A DNA stretch of 64,000 bases from Cyanobacteriota bacterium (GCA_033764955.1 JANRIL010000011.1:32001-96000); one strand, 5' to 3'; shown: positions 10,314 through 21,629, counted from the first letter of the stretch. The notes: generated by a model from the letters alone, not told the origin. Translations and numbers: made by a program.

Positions 10314-12381
10314 GAGATGGCAAATAAACAGGTGAATGGCAGGGCAAAGCGGGCAGTTCTACGGTAAACGTTGTCAAGCCCTCCTGACTGATCACACTGA
10401 TCTTACCTCCCAGTTGTTCCGCTAGTTTTTTCACCAAAGCTAAGCCCAGCCCGGTTCCACCCCGTTTATAGGGATCCGCATTAGGGACTCGATAAAACTT
10501 CTCAAAGATGTGGGGTAATTCTTCCGCCGGAATTTCCGCTTGATTACTGATCTCAAAAATCACCCCCCCGTCCACAGGGGCGGGCTGAGCGGCTAACTGA
10601 ATTTCTCCCTCTGGCCCCGTATATTTGCAGGCATTGTTGAGTAACTCTCCCAAAATTCGTTCGACCTTGAGGGGATCACTCGTGAGAATAGGCAAAGGAT
10701 CCGCCAGGGATAATTGAAATGTCTGGTGAAAACTTTGAAAACGAGAATAAAATGGCTCCACCACCTCCTGAATCCAAAGGTTAAGGTGGATAGGGGTGAC
10801 GTGATAGCGATCAGCTCCCGCCTCCAGACGTTGCAGATCCAAAAGATCGTTAATCAACTCGATTTCCCGCGTACATTCCGTCTCCATTACCCGCAAATAT
10901 TGCTGGCGACGGTCTTCCGGCAGATGTTGCCGTAGCATATGAATTGACATCTTGATATTGGACATAGGCGTTCGTAATTCATGGGAAACCGTGTTTAAGA
11001 AATCATCCTTGAGGTGGTGGAGTTTTTCTAATTCTTCCACCTCATGTTGTGCTGTTTTATAGAGGCGCGCCTGGCGAATGCCAATCGCACACTGATTCGC
11101 CACTTGCTCTACCAGACGAATTTCTAAGTCATTAAAAATATGGTCGCTTGCCTTAAATAGCCAAAGATCTCCCAGCACGCCATGCCCATCAAAAATTGGA
11201 CAGGCCAAAACAGACAAAGGATGATAGTTCCTCCGAAAATTATGAGGATCCCAATCGGTTAGGCAAAACTGGACGAAGGCTCCATTAATTAGTTGTTGAT
11301 AAAGTTCCGGCATCCGATCCATCGTCGCTGTATGGCAATGACTGTAGGCTTGATGATCAAAGTATTCATGAATAATTTGTGACTGTTTTTGGGGAATATC
11401 ATAGATGCCTGTATCACAACCAGTTGCTTCTAAAACCTCCGCTAGCTCCTGAATAGCAATTTGTAAAATTTGATTTTCATCTAGGCTATCTCGAACCTTA
11501 TCCGTAATCCGTTTGAGGGTGGCTTCAAAGTCTAAAAGTTGCCGCAGTTGTTGGGTTCGATCTCTAACTTGAATCTCTAGGTCAGCATTGAGTCGTTCAA
11601 TCTTTTCATAAAAAATTCGTTGCTGATCCTCCGCCAATTTTTGGTCGGTAATATCCCTGAGGGTGCCAGCAATACCATTCACCTCCCCCCGCTCATCGTA
11701 GGTGAGTTGAGCCTGGAGAGCTAACCAGCGCACCTGTTGGTGAATGGTTAAGAAGCGAGCTTCGTAACGGCAATCTTTGACTTTAAGTTGAACTAAGGAC
11801 AAAAACGATTCGGAGGTGAGTCGGCGATCTTTGGGATCCACAAAAGTTAGGATGCTTTGCCCTAGACTTTGCCCCACCGAGTACCCTGTGATCCGTGTCC
11901 AAGCTGGGTTAAGAAAAGTCCAGACTCCTGCGGCATCGGTTTGAAAGATCACCTCTTGAACGGTGTTGAGGACGGATTGATATTTTTTCTGACCCCGCCG
12001 CAATTCTTTTTGGGAGCGCTCTAGAGCGGAAATCAAGCGGTTTAGGACATGCGCCAGATCCGAAAGTTCATCCTCACCTGTTGATCCCACCCGTTGGGAC
12101 AGATCGTAGCTCGCGCTGATCAGGGTGACTTCTTGGGTGAGACGAGATAACCGACTCAGCACCAATTTTTGTAAAGTAAACAGACTCAACCCGCAAAACC
12201 CCAGCCCAAATCCCCCCAACAATGTCATTAGATAATCGTCGATCCACAGTCTTTGTAAGGGCAGATGGGTGGATCCCCACTTAAGAATCACCATCAAACT
12301 GAGGATGCTGCCCGTGATGATCAATGCGGTTTTCTGCTGCAACTTCATGAGGGAGAGGAAATGAAATTCTACATTAAGCAA
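10252..12381 (-). CDS. Sensor histidine kinase (TM-HAMP-PAS-GAF-HisKA-HATPase)
   Basis: SHELRTP H-box, LNNACKY N-box, GGTGLGL G-box; PAS and GAF segments upstream. Confidence 0.9.
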   Translation of the reverse strand: MLNVEFHFLSLMKLQQKTALIITGSILSLMVILKWGSTHLPLQRLWIDDYLMTLLGGFGLGFCGLSLFTLQKLVLSRLSRLTQEVTLISASYDLSQRVGSTGEDELSDLAHVLNRLISALERSQKELRRGQKKYQSVLNTVQEVIFQTDAAGVWTFLNPAWTRITGYSVGQSLGQSILTFVDPKDRRLTSESFLSLVQLKVKDCRYEARFLTIHQQVRWLALQAQLTYDERGEVNGIAGTLRDITDQKLAEDQQRIFYEKIERLNADLEIQVRDRTQQLRQLLDFEATLKRITDKVRDSLDENQILQIAIQELAEVLEATGCDTGIYDIPQKQSQIIHEYFDHQAYSHCHTATMDRMPELYQQLINGAFVQFCLTDWDPHNFRRNYHPLSVLACPIFDGHGVLGDLWLFKASDHIFNDLEIRLVEQVANQCAIGIRQARLYKTAQHEVEELEKLHHLKDDFLNTVSHELRTPMSNIKMSIHMLRQHLPEDRRQQYLRVMETECTREIELINDLLDLQRLEAGADRYHVTPIHLNLWIQEVVEPFYSRFQSFHQTFQLSLADPLPILTSDPLKVERILGELLNNACKYTGPEGEIQLAAQPAPVDGGVIFEISNQAEIPAEELPHIFEKFYRVPNADPYKRGGTGLGLALVKKLAEQLGGKISVISQEGLTTFTVELPALPCHSPVYLPSHGDPSTPFYPTHHSDLGHTA

Positions 12382-12795
12382 TTTTTTGACAAGAAAAATT
12401 AAGCATCAAAGCTATCCAAACCAAAGAAATGGTTGTCAAAGAGAAGGGACGATTCATTGGTGAGGGCTAATTTCACAACTATCATGGATTTGGGTGAGTC
12501 GGGTAATGAGGTTAGGACAGTCAGGGATCCCTAATTTATCAAATAGAATTCTACCCCCTTCTCTCCTTGAAAATAATCCGTATGCTTCAGAGAGACGAGT
12601 TACCACTATGAGCTTGACTCAGGCAAATTATATTTCAAAAACACCTTCAAAAATAATTGGGATAAACTGAATATTCATTTAATAATCTGTTCATTATCTC
12701 GGTAATTTGACTGGGTCATTTAACCCGATACTCCGACCAGCTCAAATGAATGATGTAATCTAGTTGGATAATCTAAACTAGGTCAGCTAACTAGA

Positions 12796-13389
12796 TTGCT
12801 GATGTCTGTATTTTCTCAGGGATCCCGTTTGACTTCTTCAGAACCGTTAACCACTCTGATTCGGCGTAGCCAAGCCCTGCAAACGGGGCACTTTCAGCTA
12901 GCCAGTGGCCTTCATGCCAGTCGGTTCTTTCGCGCCATTCTGTTGCTACAGGATCCCATCGCAGCGGATCCTCTGTTTGATCGTCTGGCCGAGCGCTTTT
13001 GCGGGGAAGGGGTTGACCTCGTGTTGGGAGCCAATGCGGCGGGGAGTATCTTGGCCTTTGAGGTGGCGAGGCGCTTAGGCTGCTCTATCCTGATTGCCCA
13101 AGAGCAGGAACAACGCTATCGGTTGATGGAAGGGTTTGCCATTTCCCAGGGCTGCCGGGTCCTGGTGGTGGATGATGTCACCACCACAGGAGGAACCGCG
13201 AAACAGTTGCTGGGCTTAGTTCGTAGCGCTCAGGGGATCCCAGTAGGAGTGGGATTAATCGCCACGAAGGGGTTATTTCAGGTAGATCTGGGTTGTCGCA
13301 CGGAGGTATTGCTGCCTCTGGAGGGCATGGATGCTTACCCAGCCCAGGATTGCCCTCTTTGCCAACAGGGGATCCCTCTGACTCGCTGA
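12796..13389 (+). CDS. Orotate phosphoribosyltransferase-like protein
   Basis: GHFQLASGLH, VLVVDDVTTTGGT PRPP-binding motif, C-terminal CPLC. Confidence 0.75.
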   Translation: MLMSVFSQGSRLTSSEPLTTLIRRSQALQTGHFQLASGLHASRFFRAILLLQDPIAADPLFDRLAERFCGEGVDLVLGANAAGSILAFEVARRLGCSILIAQEQEQRYRLMEGFAISQGCRVLVVDDVTTTGGTAKQLLGLVRSAQGIPVGVGLIATKGLFQVDLGCRTEVLLPLEGMDAYPAQDCPLCQQGIPLTR

Positions 13390-13396
13390 GGGGGAA

Positions 13397-14071
13397 TTAA
13401 CTATGAATGGGGGGGCGGCGGAGATAGGTGGGCAAAACCCCTTGCCAAGCTGGACGGGATCCCTGCTGATAGGCGCGAGCGGCCCATTCGGCCACGCCTA
13501 AGGTGGGGGGGGTGGCGGGGCTGGTTGGGGCTTCTTGCACAGGTGGGTTGCCCTGATCGGCTAAACAGGTTTGCCAAGCGGCAGCAGTCCATAATTGGTC
13601 GGCCACCGTCGTATGCAGGTGATGGGTGATGGGATCCCATTGGTAGATGCCACCGTAGTATTCTCCCCGTTGGGCATCCATGCTGACGGCTAGGGGGGTG
13701 GGGGAGGTAGTCGGTTGTTGCCGGAAATACTGCTGCGCCAGAGCCGCCAAACTAGAGACACCAAAAACAGGCAGATGCAGGGTTTGACCGAGGGTGCGGG
13801 CTACCGTTACCCCCAGCCGACAACCCGTAAAGCTGCCTGGCCCAGTGGCAACCGCAATCGCCGCCAATCCGGCCCAGGTTTGGGGGGGCAACCAGGCTTG
13901 CAAGAGGGGATGCAGTTGAGCCGCCAGCTCTCGATCCAGCCACCACGACTGATGGCGGGGGATCCCTTGCTCCGAAACCTGAGCCGACTTATGGGCGGAT
14001 AACGGCCAGAGAGCTAACCCCAGGGAGGGGGTGGTGGTGTGCAGGGCTAAGATCCACAAATCAGAGTTCAT
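13397..14071 (-). CDS. tsaB: tRNA threonylcarbamoyladenosine biosynthesis protein TsaB
   Basis: GPGSFTGCRLG and MDAQRGE motifs; start at MNSDLWILALHT. Confidence 0.9.
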   Translation of the reverse strand: MNSDLWILALHTTTPSLGLALWPLSAHKSAQVSEQGIPRHQSWWLDRELAAQLHPLLQAWLPPQTWAGLAAIAVATGPGSFTGCRLGVTVARTLGQTLHLPVFGVSSLAALAQQYFRQQPTTSPTPLAVSMDAQRGEYYGGIYQWDPITHHLHTTVADQLWTAAAWQTCLADQGNPPVQEAPTSPATPPTLGVAEWAARAYQQGSRPAWQGVLPTYLRRPPIHS

Positions 14072-14864
14072 CGGGGTTGATTCCCATCGCACGCAGACGA
14101 TCCGCCAGTTGTGCCACTCGATTTTCTGCTTCTGTGGCGCGATGTTCCGTCTGTTGGGCGCAGGCTTCGGCGGCACGGCGAGCCTTGGCTTCCACTTCTT
14201 CTGGGGTGAGCAGCCAGGATCCCTCGCCATCGAACCAGCGTAACCACAGTCGTTCCTGTTTTAGCCAGTAGCCTTGCCATAGCCCCAAGCCCAGTTGCAA
14301 ACGGGGAAACCAAACTCGTGGTTGCCCAAGCACTCTTTCTTGATAATGTCCTTCGATCCACTCAAACACGCGCATCTGATCGGTGCTGCTGTCAAACACC
14401 ACATAATAGGGCACAGCTAGGATCTGCTCATAAACCTGCCATTGCATCGGGGGTTGCTGGGGATCACGGATCCCTTGCCCCAGGTCTTCATCTTCGGTTC
14501 CAGGGGAGAGAAACTCAATCACAATCGTCGGATTGATCGGCTCCTGCCAGCAGACATAGCTTTGCCGCAGTTCCTTGCCCTGATAGAGGCGGGATCCCCC
14601 CACAACCCCAAACCAATCGGGGCGTTTGTACCAGCGCGGATGCTGGAGATCGTAATAAAGGTTGAGACCGATGGCAGAAAATACCGTTTCTGGCGGATAT
14701 GCAGGTGGGCGAAAGGTGAGAGAGAGGAGTTGGGGTTGCCAAATATGAAACTCGTCAGGCACGCCGGACTGTCCTACTTCTTCGCTGGGCAAGTCATACA
14801 TCGTTGGCCAATCTGCCCGATTTCGTTGATCTGTGACGGTGTTGGGGATCCCACTCTGCACCAT
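14061..14864 (-). CDS. Uma2 family endonuclease-like protein
   Basis: PTMYDLPSE, RPDWFGV, IEFLSPGT..ED and C-terminal coiled coil, typical of cyanobacterial Uma2. Confidence 0.88.
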   Translation of the reverse strand: MVQSGIPNTVTDQRNRADWPTMYDLPSEEVGQSGVPDEFHIWQPQLLSLTFRPPAYPPETVFSAIGLNLYYDLQHPRWYKRPDWFGVVGGSRLYQGKELRQSYVCWQEPINPTIVIEFLSPGTEDEDLGQGIRDPQQPPMQWQVYEQILAVPYYVVFDSSTDQMRVFEWIEGHYQERVLGQPRVWFPRLQLGLGLWQGYWLKQERLWLRWFDGEGSWLLTPEEVEAKARRAAEACAQQTEHRATEAENRVAQLADRLRAMGINPDEL

Positions 14865-14967
14865 AACCCTGGGTCAAGAGGATTTTTTCTATCTCTACTG
14901 TAGCGGAAGCCGCTAGCTGCTAAAGTCAAAAGACTAGGGGTTGTCTGGTGCAAAGGGATCCAGTGGC

Positions 14968-17046
14968 ATGGCTTCAGATCAGGGTGCTTCTCCACCGAGG
15001 TTGACCTATCCGCTGAGTCAGCAGGGGGATCAGGTGGATGTTTATCATGGCATAGCGGTGGCGGATCCCTATCGCTGGTTAGAGGATCCCGATACTCCCG
15101 CCACACGAGCATGGATCGCCGCCCAAAATCAAGTTACTTTTGCCTATTTAGAAAGCATTCCCCAACGGCAGTCGATTGGAGAACGGCTGACCCACCTCTG
15201 GAACTATGAAAAATACAGCGCCCCGTTTCGGGAGGGAAATTGCTATTTCTACTTCAAAAATGATGGCCTGCAAAATCAAAGCGTACTTTATACCCTCAAC
15301 CATCTAGACGATACTCCCCGTGTTTTGCTCGATCCTAATCTCTTGTCCGCCGATGGAACGGTGGCACTTTCGGGCATTGCCATCAGCCCCGACGGACAAT
15401 GGTTAGCCTATGGGTTGTCCCATGCCGGATCCGATTGGCAGGAGTGGCGAGTCCGAGAAATTGCCACAGGTGTTGATGGATCCGACCATCTGCAATGGAT
15501 TAAATTTTCGGGAGCCAGTTGGCGGCAGGATCAGCAGGGATTTTTTTATAGTCGCTACGATCCACCGCATCCTCAAGCTCAATTTGAGCAGGTTAATTAT
15601 TATCAAAAACTTTTTTATCACCGTTTGGGTACCGCTCAATCCGATGACATTTTGATCTATGAACGACCGGATCAAAAAGAGTGGGGTTTTCAAGGCGAAG
15701 TTACCGAAGATGGCTCCTATCTGATTATTTCGGTGTGGCGGGGAACGGATCCCAAAAATCTACTTTTCTACAAAGATTTGCGCGATCCCAATAGCCCTGT
15801 GGTGGAATTGATCTCAGAATTTGAGGCAGAATATCGTTTTGTCGAGCATGAGGGATCCCGGTTTTGGCTGGTCACCGATTGGCAGGCTCCCCGTAAACGG
15901 CTGATTGCTATTGATATAACTCATCCTGATAAAGAGCATTGGCAAGAGATCATTCCTCAAGCCCAAGAAACCTTAGAATCCATCTCGCTCATTCATGATC
16001 AGTTTGTGGTTTTTTATTTGCAAGATGCCCATACCCAGATTCAAATTTATGATCGTGATGGGTGTTATCAACGGACATTTCCGCTGCCAGGATTGGGTTC
16101 GGCGGGTGGATTTGTGGGCAAACGCCATGACCATGAAACTTTTTTTACGTTCACCAGCTTTGTCGTTCCCCCCACCATTTATCATTACCACTTTCTCACC
16201 GATCAGATCACTGTTTTTCGACAACCTCAACTAGAGGTTGATGCCAGCCAATACGAGGTCAAGCAGGTATTTTATAGCAGCCGCGATGGTACCTCGATCC
16301 CGATGTTTATCACCCACAAAAAAGGGATCCCTCTTGATGGCCGCCATCCCACCTATTTGTATGGGTATGGTGGATTTGGAGTTTCCCTCACCCCCAGTTT
16401 TTCGATTAGCCTGTTGGTTTGGTTAGAAATGGGAGGGGTTTATGCAGTGCCTAACCTGCGAGGGGGTGGCGAGTATGGGGAGGAGTGGCATCAAGCGGGA
16501 ACCACTATCCACAAGCAGCGGGTCTTTGATGACTTTATCGCGGCAGCCGAATGGCTCATCGCGGCAGGTTATACCTCCTCAAAGAAATTGGCAATGGCTG
16601 GGGGGAGTAACGGCGGTTTGTTGGTGGGGGCTTGTATGACGCAGCGCCCGGACTTATTCGCGGCTGCGCTGCCGGCGGTGGGGGTGATGGATATGCTGCG
16701 CTTTGATCAGTTTACGATTGGTTGGGCCTGGATCTCGGAATACGGCAATCCGGCGGATCCCGAACAGTTCCATGCGCTCTATGCCTATTCCCCTCTGCAT
16801 AATCTCAAGCCTGGTACGGCCTATCCCGCCACCTTGATTACCACCGCCGATCATGATGATCGGGTTGTCCCCGCCCACAGTTTCAAATTTGCCGCTGCCC
16901 TACAACAGGCTCACCAGGGAGCCTCCCCCGTTCTGATTCGGATTGAAACCCAGGCGGGGCATGGGAGCGGCAAGCCCACCCAGAAAGTGATTGAGGAAGC
17001 GGCGGATCGTTGGGCTTTTTTGGTGAATGTTTTGCAAATGTCCTGA
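14968..17046 (+). CDS. Prolyl oligopeptidase (S9A)
   Basis: DPYRWLED, GGSNGGLL nucleophile, DHDDRV, AGHG. Confidence 0.95.
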   Translation: MASDQGASPPRLTYPLSQQGDQVDVYHGIAVADPYRWLEDPDTPATRAWIAAQNQVTFAYLESIPQRQSIGERLTHLWNYEKYSAPFREGNCYFYFKNDGLQNQSVLYTLNHLDDTPRVLLDPNLLSADGTVALSGIAISPDGQWLAYGLSHAGSDWQEWRVREIATGVDGSDHLQWIKFSGASWRQDQQGFFYSRYDPPHPQAQFEQVNYYQKLFYHRLGTAQSDDILIYERPDQKEWGFQGEVTEDGSYLIISVWRGTDPKNLLFYKDLRDPNSPVVELISEFEAEYRFVEHEGSRFWLVTDWQAPRKRLIAIDITHPDKEHWQEIIPQAQETLESISLIHDQFVVFYLQDAHTQIQIYDRDGCYQRTFPLPGLGSAGGFVGKRHDHETFFTFTSFVVPPTIYHYHFLTDQITVFRQPQLEVDASQYEVKQVFYSSRDGTSIPMFITHKKGIPLDGRHPTYLYGYGGFGVSLTPSFSISLLVWLEMGGVYAVPNLRGGGEYGEEWHQAGTTIHKQRVFDDFIAAAEWLIAAGYTSSKKLAMAGGSNGGLLVGACMTQRPDLFAAALPAVGVMDMLRFDQFTIGWAWISEYGNPADPEQFHALYAYSPLHNLKPGTAYPATLITTADHDDRVVPAHSFKFAAALQQAHQGASPVLIRIETQAGHGSGKPTQKVIEEAADRWAFLVNVLQMS

Positions 17047-17050
17047 TACC

Positions 17051-18202
17051 ATGTCAACCCCCTCTCTCCCTCCTGATTCCACCCCGCTTGCTGCTCCCGT
17101 TAAGGCGGCCTTCCCTAGCCGGTGGCGGTGGCCGATCCGCCTCCTCAGCCTACTGGTGGTGGGATCCCTCGTCTTGGCTCTAGGAGGCTGGCAGGTTTGG
17201 CGGCAGGCCATTCAACCCATTGGCGGATCGGATCCCGTCTCGGTGGTGATTGCGCCTGGCACCGCGAGTCGGCAAATCGGACGACAATTACGGGACGCAG
17301 GGGTGATCCGCTCCTACTGGGCTTGGAATCTCTGGACAAGAACCCTCGCCCGCGATTGGGTATTTCAGGCGGGAACCTATGACATCGATCCGCAAGCGGA
17401 TATGGTGGCGATTGCCCAGCAGTTACGGGAGGGGCAAAGTCGGCAAATCAAGATCACCATTCCCGAAGGGTGGCGAATTGAGCAGATGGCTAGTTATTTG
17501 GCCGCCGCCAACGATATCCCTGCCAGTGAATTTCAAGGGGCAACCCGCACTATTCCACGGGCACACTTTCCCTGGCTACCCCCCTCCTTGAGTAACTTAG
17601 AAGGCTATCTCTTTCCTGAAACCTATGTCTTTGCCGCCGATCTGTTTGCGGAATCCGTAAGTGATGCCAACAAGGCCAACACCCTCATTCAGGCGATGCT
17701 GCAACAATTTGCTCAGATCGCCTACCCGCGCTATCAAGCGAAGCAGGCTAGCTCTAACCCCAGCCCTCTCTCCCTCCACGAGTGGGTGACTCTGGCTAGC
17801 ATTGTGGAAAAAGAGGCTGTCATTGCCGAAGAGCGCCCCCTGATCGCTGGGGTTTTTAGCAACCGCCTCCGCCAAGGGATCCCTTTGGGAGCGGATCCCA
17901 CCGTGGAATATGCCCTGGGGATCCGGCAAACCCCTGACCGCCGCCTCACCTATGCGGAAGTACAAAAACCCTCTCCTTACAACACCTATCTCAACGCCGG
18001 ACTTCCCCCAGGACCGATAGCTAGCCCCGGTTTAGCCAGCCTACTCGCCACTCTAGACCCTGCCACCACCGACTATCTCTATTTTGTGGCTCGTTACGAC
18101 GGCAGCCATGTTTTTAGCAAAACCCTCGCCCAACACGAAGCCGCCCAGCGCCAGATTCTTCAAAATAGGCAGCAAAATAGACAACCATCCCCGCCGCCCT
18201 AG
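17051..18202 (+). CDS. mltG: Endolytic transglycosylase MltG
   Basis: TIPEG, LEGYLFPETY, LASIVEKE, SPYNTY, GLPPGPI. Confidence 0.93.
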   Translation: MSTPSLPPDSTPLAAPVKAAFPSRWRWPIRLLSLLVVGSLVLALGGWQVWRQAIQPIGGSDPVSVVIAPGTASRQIGRQLRDAGVIRSYWAWNLWTRTLARDWVFQAGTYDIDPQADMVAIAQQLREGQSRQIKITIPEGWRIEQMASYLAAANDIPASEFQGATRTIPRAHFPWLPPSLSNLEGYLFPETYVFAADLFAESVSDANKANTLIQAMLQQFAQIAYPRYQAKQASSNPSPLSLHEWVTLASIVEKEAVIAEERPLIAGVFSNRLRQGIPLGADPTVEYALGIRQTPDRRLTYAEVQKPSPYNTYLNAGLPPGPIASPGLASLLATLDPATTDYLYFVARYDGSHVFSKTLAQHEAAQRQILQNRQQNRQPSPPP

Positions 18203-18297
18203 CAGGGATCCCTGCTAAGGGAGACTAAAGAGATAAGCAATTCAACGCATGAGTTCTGATAAAAAATCGGCTGAACTCTCCAGTTATCTCACTGGGC

Positions 18298-18852
18298 TCA
18301 AACCAGTCGTTGAGAGCGGGAAAGCCGCCGTTGCCGATAATTCTGCACCAGGCGCACCCCCACAAAATAGCTGATGACTCCTAAAATCAATCCCACCACG
18401 GCACACCCCAAAAACATGGTGATGACCATTTCTCCCCCCCAGTCTTGCCAGTGTTGCCAGGAGGAGGCTACGGCCTTGAGGTCAGTGTGGCGATGGGATC
18501 CTAAGATCCACTGACCCACTTGATAGTTAAAGACAAAGAAAGGCACATAGGTGAGGGGGTTGCTGATCCAGGTTCCCGCAGCGGCAACCAGTTTGTTCCC
18601 CCGCACCATCATCGCCAACAAAATCGCCACCAACGTTTGTAGGCCAAAGATGGGGAAAGATCCGGCAAACACTCCCACCGCCAAGCCCCGCCCAATTGCT
18701 TCAGGGGTGGATTGCAGGCGAATTAAGCGTAAGTAGTAGTAGCGTAGCCAGCGTGACCAGGAGAAACGGGCGGAGCCAGAAGTAGTAGGTGATTGGCTTA
18801 GGACAAGCGAAGGGCTAGCTAGAGGAGTTTCTAGTTGCTCGGAGGGGGGCAT
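18298..18852 (-). CDS. DUF2062 membrane protein
   Basis: TPEAIGRGLAVGVFAG..P..GLQ..WISNP motif. Confidence 0.8.
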   Translation of the reverse strand: MPPSEQLETPLASPSLVLSQSPTTSGSARFSWSRWLRYYYLRLIRLQSTPEAIGRGLAVGVFAGSFPIFGLQTLVAILLAMMVRGNKLVAAAGTWISNPLTYVPFFVFNYQVGQWILGSHRHTDLKAVASSWQHWQDWGGEMVITMFLGCAVVGLILGVISYFVGVRLVQNYRQRRLSRSQRLV

Positions 18853-19276
18853 AGGGATGGTGAGAAAAGCTTAACCTTAGTTTACTATTTCCCCCAGTGA
18901 TTGAGGAGGCCGGCCATACTTCCCCTAGATGGACGGAACATCCAGACTCTTGTAAGTCAAAGATTTTCTGCTCCTCTACTCATCCTGTTCGGGCGTGTCA
19001 TCAATCAAGGAGTTTGGGGCGTGCCCTATCCGCAATGCTGATCAATTCAGCTAGGCACTTATTGAGAATGAGTGAAGAGAATCAGGGAAGTCCATAACCC
19101 TTATTCCAGCTTATCTATTCTCAATCAGCTAACCCTGTAGGGCACCTCGAAAAATAGAGGTGTTTGTTGAGAATATCCTCGTATACCGTGGTTAGTTTTC
19201 GCAATAAGGTAATTAATCGAGGTGGCCTGTAGAATATTTTGGTATTTCATAGCCATTCCTTGAATAGGACTACCCA

Positions 19277-20620
19277 CTACTGCGGATTCCGCAAGCGGTG
19301 ATAGATCAGGCTAAGGGTTTGGGCGTCTCCCACATTACCGGGAAACAGCACCACGGGCAGACCGGGAAAGCGGGGATGATCCGGCGGCGTGATCACCACT
19401 GAACAACCGGGCGCAATTTGTCCCAACAGGCGCACCGCCGGCAGAGCTAAGCCGTGACTAAGGGTGTCATTGGAGGTAATACCCCCTTTGCTGATCAAAA
19501 AACCAATCGACTCCGGCAGACCCTGCACAATATCCATCAACAGGGCAGAAACCGTCTGTCCAAAAGCTAACCGCGTGGCGGCGCTATCAAAACTCAATTC
19601 CTGCCGGCTGGTATAGACCACTGGGGTTTTGCCCTGGCCAAAGGACTCATTCACGCGGTGGAGGATCGCTTGGGCTAAAGCTTGTTTGGGGTTGCCGGAA
19701 AGCATCTCTGACAAGGGATCCCCTAACAGTTGCGCTACCTCCACTTCAATGCCAACCGTTCCTGCCTGCTGGAGAAGATGCTGCAATTGCTCCGTGGACT
19801 TTTTGACATGGGATCCCACTATTACTACCCCTGGTTGGCGCTCCCGCACCCATTGGGACATTCCCTCTGCCGCCACGGGTTGGGGGGGTAATCCCGCTAG
19901 GGAAGTCAGCAAGCTGGCGGCACTGCGAAACAGAAACCGCTTTCCCTGCCCAGCCACCGCCCAGAGATCCGATGTCCAGCGATCCAAATCCGCTTGGGTT
20001 TCGCCATCTACCACGGCACAAACATTGCCAGTGAGCCGATGGAGATGGGCTTGGGATCCCTGGCGAATCTCCGCTAACAAAAAGCGTTCCACTGACTGAC
20101 TGGGGATCCGCCCTTGGGTTTTTTCTTGCACATAATCGGGCAGATAGCTGTGGTGATAAGCAAAAACCGAATCTCGGGCAAACTCAGTTTCATGCACAGG
20201 GGTAGGGATCCCTTCCACCATCAGATAATGAATGCTGTCGCGGGTCACGCGACCACCCTCAAAGAAGGCGGGCACCAAAAAATGCGCGTCAAATGGCCCC
20301 AGCTCCTCAGCGATCACATCGGTTTCCACGGGATAGTGCCCCCGCAGGGTCGAGTCGGAACGGCTGACCAGCAAGAAATTATCCATCGCGGTTTCGCTGA
20401 GCGCCTGTCGTATCTGCTGGCAAACCTGGTGAGTAGTATGGGCAGCCTCCTCAGGGGGCATGGCACGGGTGTTGGTCAGCACAAAAAAGATGGGGGAATC
20501 ATCCTGTAGTGCCTGCTTGAGGGTGGCTACATCCCACTGGGTCAACAACAGACAACTGTGAACCGTCTGGGATCCCGTCGGATCATCATCCAGGACAATA
20601 ATTTTGGGGCGATCAGTCAT
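19277..20620 (-). CDS. Four-carbon acid sugar kinase family protein (DUF1537)
   Basis: VLDDDPTG, SRSDSTLRGH, SKGGITS, FPGNVG. Confidence 0.88.
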   Translation of the reverse strand: MTDRPKIIVLDDDPTGSQTVHSCLLLTQWDVATLKQALQDDSPIFFVLTNTRAMPPEEAAHTTHQVCQQIRQALSETAMDNFLLVSRSDSTLRGHYPVETDVIAEELGPFDAHFLVPAFFEGGRVTRDSIHYLMVEGIPTPVHETEFARDSVFAYHHSYLPDYVQEKTQGRIPSQSVERFLLAEIRQGSQAHLHRLTGNVCAVVDGETQADLDRWTSDLWAVAGQGKRFLFRSAASLLTSLAGLPPQPVAAEGMSQWVRERQPGVVIVGSHVKKSTEQLQHLLQQAGTVGIEVEVAQLLGDPLSEMLSGNPKQALAQAILHRVNESFGQGKTPVVYTSRQELSFDSAATRLAFGQTVSALLMDIVQGLPESIGFLISKGGITSNDTLSHGLALPAVRLLGQIAPGCSVVITPPDHPRFPGLPVVLFPGNVGDAQTLSLIYHRLRNPQ

Positions 20621-20707
20621 AACCGGAGGCCAGCGTGGGGAGGAGTGAGTCCTTCTTCATCCTCGATCAAAATGGTGACCAGATGGTTAGGTGACTCAAA
20701 TTGCAGG

Positions 20708-21589
20708 TTAAGGGGATCCCTCTTCACCCGGCTCATCAAGATCAGAGATGGCGAGAGTTGGTGGCAATGGCGTTTTTTCGGAAAGGGTATAGCCTTTTTG
20801 TTGGGTGAGTTGCTCAATTCGACGGATCCGATCCGGTGACGAGGGGTGACTGGCTAAGAAACCTCCTCTTGGCACAGCCTCTGACTGACTGAGTTTCGTA
20901 AAAAAGTCCGTGGCTCCCGCCACATGACCATAGACCGCTTGTAATAAATCTAGACCAAAGGCATCGGCGGCTTTTTCTTGCCCTTGCGAGTATTGTGCGG
21001 AACTAAGGGACACCAGGCTGGAGGCAGCTACCGCTTGCAGAGCAGAGGGATCCCCCACAAGCGTTGCCAAAACCACCTGAAACAAAAGCCCCCGCACGAT
21101 CCCGCGCAGGTGGTCACGATGGGCAAAATGTCCCAGCTCGTGCCCCAGAACCATCATCAACTCATTTTCTGATTCCACCCCCGCCAGCAAACCCTGAAAA
21201 ATCACCAACTGATCCCCAGGTAGCGCCACGGCATTAACGGTTGGGTCAGTACTGTAGGTGACAATAAAGTCGCGGCGCGCCGACTCCGGCAAATGAACTT
21301 CTAGTCGATCCAACAACTGGTTGAGGGTGTCTTGAATGCGGGCTGCTTGGGAGTTTGGTGGATTCTGGGTTTGTACAATCACAGGCCGCATGATCGCGGC
21401 TAACTGCTGCTCCACCTCTGTCGGGATCCACCAGACTAACTGCTGGGTCAGCCAGTTGAGCAACAGGATCACAGTTAGGAGGATGCCAACCCCCCAACCG
21501 ATCAAGGAGAAGAGTTGCCCAGAAGTGGTTTCGGGGCTGTCGTCGCTGTAGTCCGCCACCTCTGGAGGCAATTCAATCGGCATCCCCAC
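20708..21589 (-). CDS. M48 family metallopeptidase
   Basis: NAVALPG, HELGH, E.AAD, SHP motifs; N-terminal TM segment. Confidence 0.9.
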   Translation of the reverse strand: MGMPIELPPEVADYSDDSPETTSGQLFSLIGWGVGILLTVILLLNWLTQQLVWWIPTEVEQQLAAIMRPVIVQTQNPPNSQAARIQDTLNQLLDRLEVHLPESARRDFIVTYSTDPTVNAVALPGDQLVIFQGLLAGVESENELMMVLGHELGHFAHRDHLRGIVRGLLFQVVLATLVGDPSALQAVAASSLVSLSSAQYSQGQEKAADAFGLDLLQAVYGHVAGATDFFTKLSQSEAVPRGGFLASHPSSPDRIRRIEQLTQQKGYTLSEKTPLPPTLAISDLDEPGEEGSP

Positions 21590-21629
21590 CCTCCAATATC
21601 TATAGGCAAGTTCTCAAGCAAACTCTAAC

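Noticed and set aside
19138..19165. GGGCACCTCGAAAAATAGAGGTG hairpin as IS/MITE end
   Set aside because: No transposase or matching second end seen; could simply be a terminator-like hairpin
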